Shown here: positions 18,806-27,082 of the stretch, piece by piece
Position numbering within the stretch: the stretch's first letter is position 1
Layout: each line of letters starts with the position of its first letter
Source: Candidatus Collierbacteria bacterium
GTDB taxonomy: Bacteria > Patescibacteriota > Microgenomatia > UBA1400 > MFAQ01
Assembly: GCA_903886255.1 (NCBI GenBank)
Contig: CAISLM010000014.1
Span: 13,562-77,561 of the forward strand
DNA length: 64,000 bases
Reading direction: 5' to 3'
Made by a program: the position numbers and the translations under genes
The notes under the pieces: generated by a model
What the model was told of the DNA's origin: nothing
The model's input: only the letters and a program-made list of their open reading frames with translations
The model's database searches: none

Positions 18806-19527
18806 ATACTTTCAGCCACCTTCCTTGTCCAAAACCTAAGCCTTTCGCTTTGATTTTGTGTGAGTTTGGCAGCCAAATAACCTAGATGGACCGCGATATC
18901 ATTTCCAATGTTCAGCCCATGGGTTAGATCAGGATCAATTCGCACCTCTTGTTTTCTGGAATTTACTTCATATTTACCATCGTTTTTGACATTTATAATT
19001 TCTCTCTCCACGGATGCCTTCGCATTATTTGTATCTAGTGCTATTACTTTTCCATATGCCACCATACAGTTATTTATTCTATTTTCCTTTTCCGCATTTT
19101 CATAATCGGCTGCTGCAATTAAAATTACCTGTGAAAGGTGGGTTAAATATAATTTTTCCGGCAGTTGTTTTTCAAGGCCTTTTGCAAATCCGCCCGGCAG
19201 TTGTTTTTCATATTGATCTACTAACGCCTCTCCAGCATTATCGGCAGCTATTTCAGTTAGATCTTCACCCAGCCAATACGACTCAACAACATGTTCGTCA
19301 AACATATCCAAGCCACTAGTTTGAGAAATTGCTCTAAGAAAAGCATTCAAATGTGGAAAACCATGGTTGCAAAGAGTTTCTCTAACCAAATCGTAATCTA
19401 ATTCTTTTTCCGATACGAGGTTCCTTAATATTACCTGGCTAGCATCCTCTCCACAAAAACCCCACATATTTGGCTGTATTGCAAATCTCGCAGCATTTTC
19501 CAGTCCATCCATTATATTTTCCTTCAT
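18802..19527 (-). CDS. hypothetical protein; C-terminal ~95 aa resembles a HypC/HupF-like beta-barrel
   Basis: CMVAYGKVIALD...EVRIDPDLTHGLNIGNDIAVHLGYLAAKL parallels the HypC consensus (MCLAIPxKVIxID...VxLxLVP...VGDYVLVHVGFA). Its Cys is internal, not N-terminal. Confidence 0.45.
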   Translation of the reverse strand: MKENIMDGLENAARFAIQPNMWGFCGEDASQVILRNLVSEKELDYDLVRETLCNHGFPHLNAFLRAISQTSGLDMFDEHVVESYWLGEDLTEIAADNAGEALVDQYEKQLPGGFAKGLEKQLPEKLYLTHLSQVILIAAADYENAEKENRINNCMVAYGKVIALDTNNAKASVEREIINVKNDGKYEVNSRKQEVRIDPDLTHGLNIGNDIAVHLGYLAAKLTQNQSERLRFWTRKVAESI

Positions 19528-19564
19528 TACTGAGATTATATTACTTTCGTTATAATGAACCTAA

Positions 19565-19963
19565 ATGAATATCTTAGTTTTTGGCAACCAAGACCACCCT
19601 GATGATAATCTTGCATTTAAAGTCTCGGAAAAACTAAGCGGCTTAGCCAATATTTCCTTTCAGGTCATTAATCCAAATTCAGATATTCCACTTCCGGACA
19701 ATAAAAAGATATATCTAATCGACACAGTAGTCGGAATTGATAATGTGACACTTATTACGGAAAATGATCTCAATAAAATACTTCTCTCTCCAAGAACAAC
19801 CGCACATGATTATGACTTGGGATTTCAACTCAAATATTTAACAAAAATTGGCAAAATAAAAAAAGTCTTCATTATCGGCTTGCCCATTAGCGGAAATGTG
19901 GATTACGATCTAATCCACTTGATCTTAAGAAAGTTGGTTGCGCAAGACATGCAAGGATCATAA
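19565..19963 (+). CDS. hydrogenase maturation endopeptidase (HycI/HoxW/HybD family)
   Basis: MNILVFGNQDHPDDNLAFKV N-terminus matches the family ILVLGxGNxLxxDDGxGxxV. Its 3' end overlaps the large-subunit 3' end by 61 nt (convergent). Confidence 0.7.
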   Translation: MNILVFGNQDHPDDNLAFKVSEKLSGLANISFQVINPNSDIPLPDNKKIYLIDTVVGIDNVTLITENDLNKILLSPRTTAHDYDLGFQLKYLTKIGKIKKVFIIGLPISGNVDYDLIHLILRKLVAQDMQGS

Positions 19964-21204
19964 GCTCGTATTATCTTTTCGGCGTTTAATTTCAAAGTTT
20001 GTTCATCTTTATCCAGGTTTGCTCCGAAATATTTTTTAAGATCGTTTTCTATGTTAATTTGGTTTTGTGCCGTCGGTACAATCACGTCGTAGTTTTTTAT
20101 TCTGCCCTTACTGTCAGTTTCAACATGATGATATAGTGTTCCTCTCGGAGCTTCTACAACCCCAACTCCTACACCTGCTTTTGGGGGCTGGGTAATTGGT
20201 TTTTCTTCCACTAATTTTATCGATTTTAATATTTCGATCGAATCGTCTACACAATTAAGTATTTCGATAGCTTGAGCCAAATTATTGTGATAAACGTTAT
20301 TTGAAGGAAATATGTCCAAATATTTTGCCGCATCTGTTTTAGTTCTTTGATTCAACAGTTCTTTTTCCAAATTTATTCTGGCTAGAGCCCCCACTAAATA
20401 ATCATCGTGTGTATCGGAAAAGATATAACCTTCCGACTGAGAATAAGGAATAATTACAGAATGTAGAAAATCGTGAAAATGTTCTTCCGTAGTGATTCTG
20501 CCACTACTATTAACAATATTTCCTTCCAAGAAATCATAATGATCGGAATTTTTTAAGCAAAGATAGTCTGAATTTCTCACGAGAACATCCGGCATTTTTG
20601 AAAAAGCTTCAATACCTCTTAATACTTGAACACGAATTTTTTCCAGTCGATCAATCATTGTTGGGAATAACGAGGGATCAGGCATCTTTAAGAATCCTCC
20701 CACTGTCGGAAGTGGCGCATGAATAGCTGCTCCGGAGATCATAACCGAAAGATCGGATCCGACCTCCTTTATGTCAAACGAGTCGTGTAACAATTGGTGG
20801 CCGAGATTTCCGTCTTCGTCCGGAATATCCAATATTGAATCGATACCCAGCAGATCCGGCAATACAAAAAAATATAAGTGGAGTGCATGATCACGTATCA
20901 TCAAGCCGTTGTAGGTTAATCTTCTCAGTAATTTTGTCTGATCTGAAGGAATAATTCCTTGAGATTTTTCAATCGCCTCAATGGAGCAAAGCAAATGGGC
21001 TATCGAACAAGTTCCGCAGATTCTCGAAATAAATGAAGGAACTGCCACAAAAGGTTTTCCTTCGACTGCTTTTGCATAGAAACGTCGATAATCCTTAATC
21101 ATAAATTTCAGATCAACTACCTTATCATCTACTATTTTTACCTTCAAACCGGCCGTGCCTTCGATCTTAGTAATATTTTCGATCGTGATATCTGCTGTAT
21201 GCAT
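19903..21204 (-). CDS. [NiFe] hydrogenase large subunit (433 aa, short group 3/4-like form)
   Basis: L1 motif RICGTCSIAH near the N-terminus and L2 motif DPCMSCATN with a 9-aa C-terminal extension. Confidence 0.85.
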   Translation of the reverse strand: MHTADITIENITKIEGTAGLKVKIVDDKVVDLKFMIKDYRRFYAKAVEGKPFVAVPSFISRICGTCSIAHLLCSIEAIEKSQGIIPSDQTKLLRRLTYNGLMIRDHALHLYFFVLPDLLGIDSILDIPDEDGNLGHQLLHDSFDIKEVGSDLSVMISGAAIHAPLPTVGGFLKMPDPSLFPTMIDRLEKIRVQVLRGIEAFSKMPDVLVRNSDYLCLKNSDHYDFLEGNIVNSSGRITTEEHFHDFLHSVIIPYSQSEGYIFSDTHDDYLVGALARINLEKELLNQRTKTDAAKYLDIFPSNNVYHNNLAQAIEILNCVDDSIEILKSIKLVEEKPITQPPKAGVGVGVVEAPRGTLYHHVETDSKGRIKNYDVIVPTAQNQINIENDLKKYFGANLDKDEQTLKLNAEKIIRAYDPCMSCATNFLKIKWIRS

Positions 21205-21209
21205 TATTT

Positions 21210-21698
21210 TTAAATTATGTTAAACAATTTTAAATATTTATCGACTATTTTGACAAATATATCCGGATTCATCGGACAACCATTAACTTCATCATCTACC
21301 TTTACGAAATCGGAAATCTTTTGTACATCCTTACTGTAGTCGAAGTGACACATATAAAATGCAATCTTGTAATTAATTTCTTCAGGCATAAAAGCATTCC
21401 TGCTGGATGAAGGTTGTCCTGTGCATGCACAAGCACCGATCGTTACCAAATATTTACAATTCTCTCTAATTTTCTTTAAATCCGCTTCTTGTAATTCTGA
21501 TGAGATTGCACCTTCTACAAAAGCAACATCCAAACCCTCAATGCTATTATTGGTTTTTAAAGCTTTGAAATGCTGAAAATCAATCACTTTTTTCCATTCG
21601 TCCAGATGTCTATTAAGCATTTCTGTCAGTAGGATTGTGCTGTCTTCACAACAAGTAAACGAAAACCAGCCAATTTTAAGTTTCTGTTTATTATCCAT
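21210..21698 (-). CDS. [NiFe] hydrogenase small subunit, minimal (proximal-cluster domain only)
   Basis: FTCCEDS, GACACTGQP, GCPMNP are the proximal [4Fe-4S] ligands. Only ~160 aa with no medial/distal cluster domain. Start chosen at MDNKQK; the ORF track extends to 21791. Confidence 0.7.
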   Translation of the reverse strand: MDNKQKLKIGWFSFTCCEDSTILLTEMLNRHLDEWKKVIDFQHFKALKTNNSIEGLDVAFVEGAISSELQEADLKKIRENCKYLVTIGACACTGQPSSSRNAFMPEEINYKIAFYMCHFDYSKDVQKISDFVKVDDEVNGCPMNPDIFVKIVDKYLKLFNII

Positions 21699-21715
21699 GC
21701 TAATATCCATTATAT

Positions 21716-21925
21716 ATGTGTCTAGCATACCCAGGAATAGTAAAAGAAATAAATGGTTTAAAAGCAACTGTCGAATATCCATCTTTTTCAAAAAATGTGC
21801 TGGTAGGCGACCAATATGTAAAGGTTGGGGACAGGGTATTGGTTCAAATGGGGATAATCATAAAAACTATTTCCACAAAAGAGTCCAAGCTAATCACAAA
21901 AGCGTGGGATGAAATTTCAAAATAA
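21716..21925 (+). CDS. hypC: hydrogenase maturation factor HypC/HupF
   Basis: MCLAYPGIVKEINGLKATV...VKVGDRVLVQMGIIIK matches HypC, with Cys2 N-terminal after Met removal. Confidence 0.8.
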   Translation: MCLAYPGIVKEINGLKATVEYPSFSKNVLVGDQYVKVGDRVLVQMGIIIKTISTKESKLITKAWDEISK

Positions 21926-22636
21926 TTAAAATCCTCTAGCATCTCTAAGCGCCTTTATGTTCATTTGAATTCTCGTAAATGCGGTTACCGAACTGTATAA
22001 ATAAAATTTATTATTTTTTTTGGCATCAGAAGGCAAGTCTCTTGGCTTTGCATATATCCTCACCTTACCAATATCCAAAAGCATCAGATACCAACTTGAA
22101 TCAGCATTAACAACAATGTGAAATGGTCCGTCAGGCATTAGTTCAATGCCTGACTTATTTGCCAAATAGAGAATATTCTCCGCTTCTTCTTGAAGCATTT
22201 TTCGAGGGATCTTTACAAACTCCTTATCCATAGGAAAAGTATCCCTTACCTCGGAAGCATCGATCTTTTGATCATAAACACTGGTCACCTCGTCGGCAGA
22301 CAGGTTTGTTGTTGCTACAGTGTTATCATCGACTTTTCGAACAGTTGGGACGACAGTAAATCCACGTTCTCTTAAAGTCTTCCACGCCAAATCATAAGTA
22401 TCCGAGTATGAGAGCGATCTATCAAAGTCGAAACCGGTCAGAGTCGGCAAACAAAAATCTTCGACCTTTCTAGTTAGTACACTAGCTTTATGTTTTTCTC
22501 CAAGATCAAAATATATAAAACTTTTATTTTCTGCGGCTTGTCTTGTTTTTGGAATATGATATTCGAATCTAATAGGGAAAACCGACACTTTTTCCGGAAG
22601 TCCAAATTTTTTCAAATTTATTGATTTTTCTACCAT
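21926..22636 (-). CDS. hypothetical protein
   Basis: 236-aa ORF with no recognised motif. Tightly packed between hypC and ppdK. Confidence 0.45.
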   Translation of the reverse strand: MVEKSINLKKFGLPEKVSVFPIRFEYHIPKTRQAAENKSFIYFDLGEKHKASVLTRKVEDFCLPTLTGFDFDRSLSYSDTYDLAWKTLRERGFTVVPTVRKVDDNTVATTNLSADEVTSVYDQKIDASEVRDTFPMDKEFVKIPRKMLQEEAENILYLANKSGIELMPDGPFHIVVNADSSWYLMLLDIGKVRIYAKPRDLPSDAKKNNKFYLYSSVTAFTRIQMNIKALRDARGF

Positions 22637-22709
22637 ACAGCCGTATATTCTACTCCAAATTCATTTGCTAATTGCCAAAAAGGTCCTTAACCATTAAAGT
22701 ATTATCTGT

Positions 22710-25349
22710 ATGAAAAAATATGTCTATTCTTTTGGGAGTCAGTCGACTGAAGGCTCAGCCGATATGAAATATATTTTGGGTGGTAAAGGAGCTAACCTTG
22801 CCGAGATGAGTAAAATCGGAATCCCGGTTCCCCCAGGATTCACGATTTCGACTGAGGTTTGTAAAGATTTCAGCAATAACGGAAATAAATATCCATCAGG
22901 TTTGGAAACGGAAGTCGAAGACTACTTGGTCAAACTGGAGATTGTCACCGGAAAAAAATTTGGAGACGTCAAAAATCCTCTTTTAGTCTCCGTTCGTTCC
23001 GGGGCTGCCTCATCTATGCCGGGAATGATGGATACAATTTTGAATCTTGGTTTAAATGAAGAAGTAGCATCTAGTATTGCAAACAGCACCGACAATCCTC
23101 GCTTCGCTTGGGATTCATATCGCAGATTTGTCCAAATGTATGGAAACGTCGTTGAAGGTATCGAGCACGAAAAATTCGAAACTGTAATTGATGAAATAAA
23201 GTCCGGTAAGGGAATAAAAGGCGACACAGATATGACAGCAGACGATTGGCAGGCTGTTGTAAAAGGCTATAAAAAATTATTCAAAATAGAAAAAGGCAGA
23301 GATTTCCCTGACGATGCCAAAGAACAGCTCTGGGGTGCTATCAAGGCGGTAATTGGTTCTTGGAATAATCAACGCGCCATAACCTATCGTCGTCTCAATC
23401 ATATTGATGAGAATAAAGTTTTCGGCACAGCCGTTAACATTCAATCAATGGTTTTTGGCAATCTAGGTAGTGATTCCGGAACTGGTGTCGCTTTTACCCG
23501 TAATCCCGCAACCGGAGAAAACGTTCCTTATGGAGAGTATCTAATGAACGCCCAAGGCGAAGACGTTGTCGCCGGAATTCGTACTCCCAAACATTTAGAC
23601 TCTCTTAAAGAAGACAATGAAGTTGTTTACAAACAGCTCATCGATATTTTTTCCACACTGGAAAAACACTATAAAGACATGCAAGATGTTGAATTTACAA
23701 TAGAAAATGGGAAACTCTTCATTCTTCAAACCCGCAATGGCAAAAGAACTGCTCCTGCATCTGTAAAAATAGCAGTTGATTTAGTTAAAGAAAAAAGAAT
23801 TACCGAGAAAGAGGCCATACTCCGTGTAGAACCGGAAAAATTAGAGCAACTTCTTCACCCAACTCTAGATCCAAAATCAAAATCTAAATTCAAAATGATA
23901 GCAAAAGGTTTACCTGCTTCTCCTGGTGCAGGGGTTGGTCAGGCGGTTTTCAATGCGCAGACCGCTGTTGACTGGAAAGAAAACGGCAAGAAAGTTATCT
24001 TAGTTCGTGCCGAAACATCTCCGGAAGATATCTCTGGAATGGATGCTGCAGAAGGAATACTAACCGCAAGAGGAGGTATGACCTCTCATGCTGCAGTTGT
24101 AGCAAGAGGCATGGGAAAGTGCTGTGTCGCTGGTTGTGAAGTGTTAACAGTGTCAGAGATAGAAAAGAAATTCCGTGTCGGAGAAATAATCGTCAACGAA
24201 GGTGATGTCATAACCCTTGATGGTTCCACCGGAGAAGTTTTCTTGGGGCAGGTCCCCACAATTGACCCTGAGTTGTCAGGATACTTTGGCACTATCATGG
24301 AATGGTCGGATAAATATAAAAAGCTAGGTGTTCGCACTAATGCAGATACACCAAGAGATGCGAAAGTTGCTAGAGACTTCGGAGCTGCAGGTATCGGTCT
24401 TTGTCGTACGGAACATATGTTTTTCCAAGCAGACCGAATTTTTGCTGTCCGTCAAATGATTGTTTCCGAAACTCTTGATCAGCGAAAGGCTGCTCTATCC
24501 AAAATCTTTCCCATGCAAAAGAATGATTTCATCGAACTATTTAGAATTATGAAGGGTTTTCCGGTAAAGATTAGACTTCTTGATCCACCTCTACATGAAT
24601 TTTTACCTAAGACCAAAGAAGAGATAGAAGATATTGCCAAAGAAATGGGAATTTCTGCAGAAAAGTTAACCGAAAAAGTTGAATATCTTCATGAATTCAA
24701 TCCCATGATGGGGCATCGTGGTTGCCGATTGGGGGTTACCTTCCCGGAAATATTCGAAATGCAAGTTGAGGCAATTGCGCAGGCAGCTTGCGAGCTAATC
24801 AAAAAAGGGGAATCTATTGTTCCCGAAATCATGATCCCCTTAGTCGGAGAATTCAATGAATTAAAGTGGTTAAAAGATCGTTTAGTTCCGGTAATAGAAT
24901 CCACAATTAAAAAATATGGTGTAAAAATGGTTTATGAAATTGGTACCATGATTGAAATTCCACGTGCGGCACTAACCGCCGACACTATCGCCACTGAGGC
25001 TGATTTCTTTTCCTTTGGAACTAACGACTTGACCCAAATGACTTACGGCTTCTCTCGCGATGACGCAGGGAAATTCTTAAAAGATTACCTCGAAAAGAAA
25101 ATTCTTCCCGAAGACCCATTTAAGAGTCTCGATACAGTTGGAGTAGGGAAATTAATGAAAATGGCAGTCGATCTAGGCAGAAGTACGAAGAAAAATCTAC
25201 ATATCGGAATTTGCGGCGAACAGGGTGGCGATCCGGCAACAATAAAATTTTGCCATCAAATAGGCTTAAATTATGTTTCTTGTTCACCATATCGCGTTCC
25301 GATTGCGCGACTCGCCGCCGCCCAGGCTGCAATTGAGTCGGAAAAATAA
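22710..25349 (+). CDS. ppdK: pyruvate, phosphate dikinase
   Basis: 879 aa. N-terminal LGGKGANLAEM, central phosphohistidine domain GGMTSHAAVVARGMGKCCV, C-terminal PEP-utilising TIM barrel (CGEQGGDP). Confidence 0.95.
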   Translation: MKKYVYSFGSQSTEGSADMKYILGGKGANLAEMSKIGIPVPPGFTISTEVCKDFSNNGNKYPSGLETEVEDYLVKLEIVTGKKFGDVKNPLLVSVRSGAASSMPGMMDTILNLGLNEEVASSIANSTDNPRFAWDSYRRFVQMYGNVVEGIEHEKFETVIDEIKSGKGIKGDTDMTADDWQAVVKGYKKLFKIEKGRDFPDDAKEQLWGAIKAVIGSWNNQRAITYRRLNHIDENKVFGTAVNIQSMVFGNLGSDSGTGVAFTRNPATGENVPYGEYLMNAQGEDVVAGIRTPKHLDSLKEDNEVVYKQLIDIFSTLEKHYKDMQDVEFTIENGKLFILQTRNGKRTAPASVKIAVDLVKEKRITEKEAILRVEPEKLEQLLHPTLDPKSKSKFKMIAKGLPASPGAGVGQAVFNAQTAVDWKENGKKVILVRAETSPEDISGMDAAEGILTARGGMTSHAAVVARGMGKCCVAGCEVLTVSEIEKKFRVGEIIVNEGDVITLDGSTGEVFLGQVPTIDPELSGYFGTIMEWSDKYKKLGVRTNADTPRDAKVARDFGAAGIGLCRTEHMFFQADRIFAVRQMIVSETLDQRKAALSKIFPMQKNDFIELFRIMKGFPVKIRLLDPPLHEFLPKTKEEIEDIAKEMGISAEKLTEKVEYLHEFNPMMGHRGCRLGVTFPEIFEMQVEAIAQAACELIKKGESIVPEIMIPLVGEFNELKWLKDRLVPVIESTIKKYGVKMVYEIGTMIEIPRAALTADTIATEADFFSFGTNDLTQMTYGFSRDDAGKFLKDYLEKKILPEDPFKSLDTVGVGKLMKMAVDLGRSTKKNLHIGICGEQGGDPATIKFCHQIGLNYVSCSPYRVPIARLAAAQAAIESEK

Positions 25350-25393
25350 GCAAATGGCTATTTTTATAGGCTCAATTATGGTAAAATTTAACC

Positions 25394-26278
25394 ATGCTTC
25401 TAAAATTTAGTTCTAACCTGGACAAACAAGAAATATGGGCAACCGGTGCGGAATTAACCGGGATTATGGGAAAGAGCAAGGAGGGTGGCAATCTTCTTGT
25501 CCACATCTTCGAAAACCCGGTTTTGGTCACAGATAATTATCGGATTTCAAAGCTAAACCCGACTCTTAGGGACACTTTGTTTGCTATTTTAAACAGCCGT
25601 CCAAGAATCGTTGAATATGACGATGTCAGTGTTCATTGGGATGATTCCCATAAACGCGTTTGGAGTCCGTCTATTGATACCATTTTACTTGCCAAAACAC
25701 TTAGAAAAATCTTGCCTGCAAATCCACAAATCAAATCGGCAATTGAACTGGGTTGCGGCTCAGGATTTATCAGCAAATACATTTTGGCTAAATCCGATTC
25801 GTTAAAAACAATGGTCATTAACGACATCAGTCCTTTTGCCATCAAATGTGCCAAAGATAATATCAGTGATACGAGAGCCGATTTTAGAGAAGGGGATGGT
25901 CTTAAAGAGTTGGAAGGTAAGACATTTGATCTAATTACCTGCAACCCACCATACATCCCAAGACCCAATAGTGATGCCAGCAACCCCTACGAGGGAATCG
26001 GTATTCTTAATTATCTTGTTCACAATGGTCAAAAACATTTAAATAAAGGTGGCATTATCGTCATCAGTATGTCAAATTTATCAAACGATCCTGTTTTTAA
26101 TGATCCCTCTGAGCTGGTAATCAAAAATGTAGAAGAAATGGAAGTTCCTCTAAAAATAAATAATATCTTAAACAATCAGGAATGGATGGAGTATTTACAA
26201 AAACACGGGTTGGCAAAAAACTATCATGACGGATATGAATATTGGCACCGAATTAAGACAATTGCTTGTAGAAAATAA
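25394..26278 (+). CDS. class I SAM-dependent methyltransferase, HemK/PrmC-like (NPPY motif)
   Basis: SAM motif I ELGCGSGFIS and catalytic FDLITCNPPYIP. The N-terminal region resembles PrmC/PrmB substrate-binding helices. Confidence 0.7.
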   Translation: MLLKFSSNLDKQEIWATGAELTGIMGKSKEGGNLLVHIFENPVLVTDNYRISKLNPTLRDTLFAILNSRPRIVEYDDVSVHWDDSHKRVWSPSIDTILLAKTLRKILPANPQIKSAIELGCGSGFISKYILAKSDSLKTMVINDISPFAIKCAKDNISDTRADFREGDGLKELEGKTFDLITCNPPYIPRPNSDASNPYEGIGILNYLVHNGQKHLNKGGIIVISMSNLSNDPVFNDPSELVIKNVEEMEVPLKINNILNNQEWMEYLQKHGLAKNYHDGYEYWHRIKTIACRK

Positions 26279-26286
26279 GCATATTT

Positions 26287-26604
26287 TCAGCAATTTATGG
26301 ATCGTTCAATCCATTCGATAAGTTTTCCTTCGTCACTGAATATCTCATCCGGTAATGTCCAATAAGGCAAAAATACGATTTTCCCTTGGCGTGAAAAAGA
26401 GAATGGATGAGAGCCATTTTCCTCAAAATATTTCAAGTTGTTCTCATTTGTTTTGAAATATAATTCGTCGTCGATAATTATCCCAAAAATTTTTCCGTAT
26501 TTATAAATTCCCCAGCCACTAAATAATTTTTTAGACGCTATCCCGGGTATGTCTCTCAGTACATCCATTAAAATATAATCTCGATATTCATGTTTTCTTG
26601 ACAT
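26287..26604 (-). CDS. TfoX N-terminal domain protein
   Basis: GIASKKLFSGWGIYKYGKIFGIIIDDELYFK matches the TfoX/Sxy N-domain consensus (GIxxKKMFGGxGLY...DDxLYFK). Confidence 0.65.
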   Translation of the reverse strand: MSRKHEYRDYILMDVLRDIPGIASKKLFSGWGIYKYGKIFGIIIDDELYFKTNENNLKYFEENGSHPFSFSRQGKIVFLPYWTLPDEIFSDEGKLIEWIERSINC

Positions 26605-26707
26605 ATCAATGCATTATACATTTACTATTTACTTTATTGATTTCTAGGACGTAAAATATCTGTGGTATTTAATACAATTAATTATTCATTTATGTTATCG
26701 TAGTTAT

Positions 26708-27076
26708 ATGATCAAAAAAACAATTTTCGCTATCACTTTGGCGCTACTCCTTTCGGCTTGTACTCTCTATGGAGGAAATTCATCTGCCGCTCCTGTTCAA
26801 AATCCATCTTCCACCACTCATGCACAGGGAGACATCACAATTATGAATTTTGCCTTTTCACCACAGTCTATTACAGTGAAGCCGGGCCAAACAGTCACGA
26901 TCGTAAATAACGACTCGGTTACCCACACTTTTACGAGCGACGATGGTACCTCGTTTAATACCAACAGCATTGAGCCGGGAGCCACAGCCACCATTACAGC
27001 GCCCAGTGCATCAGGAACTTATGGATTTCACTGCAATATCCACAAGAGCATGACCGGCACCCTTATCGTACAGTAG
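26708..27076 (+). CDS. cupredoxin (blue copper) domain lipoprotein
   Basis: Lipobox LLLSAC. Type-1 Cu ligands: H in VTHTFTS and C/H/M in HCNIHKSMTGTL (C-x2-H-x4-M). Confidence 0.7.
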   Translation: MIKKTIFAITLALLLSACTLYGGNSSAAPVQNPSSTTHAQGDITIMNFAFSPQSITVKPGQTVTIVNNDSVTHTFTSDDGTSFNTNSIEPGATATITAPSASGTYGFHCNIHKSMTGTLIVQ

Positions 27077-27082
27077 TTAAAG

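Noticed and set aside
19903-19963. Hydrogenase protease / large-subunit 61-nt convergent overlap as an annotation error
   Set aside because: Both reading frames carry family-specific motifs up to their stops, so the overlap is probably real. Noted under the hydrogenase finding instead.
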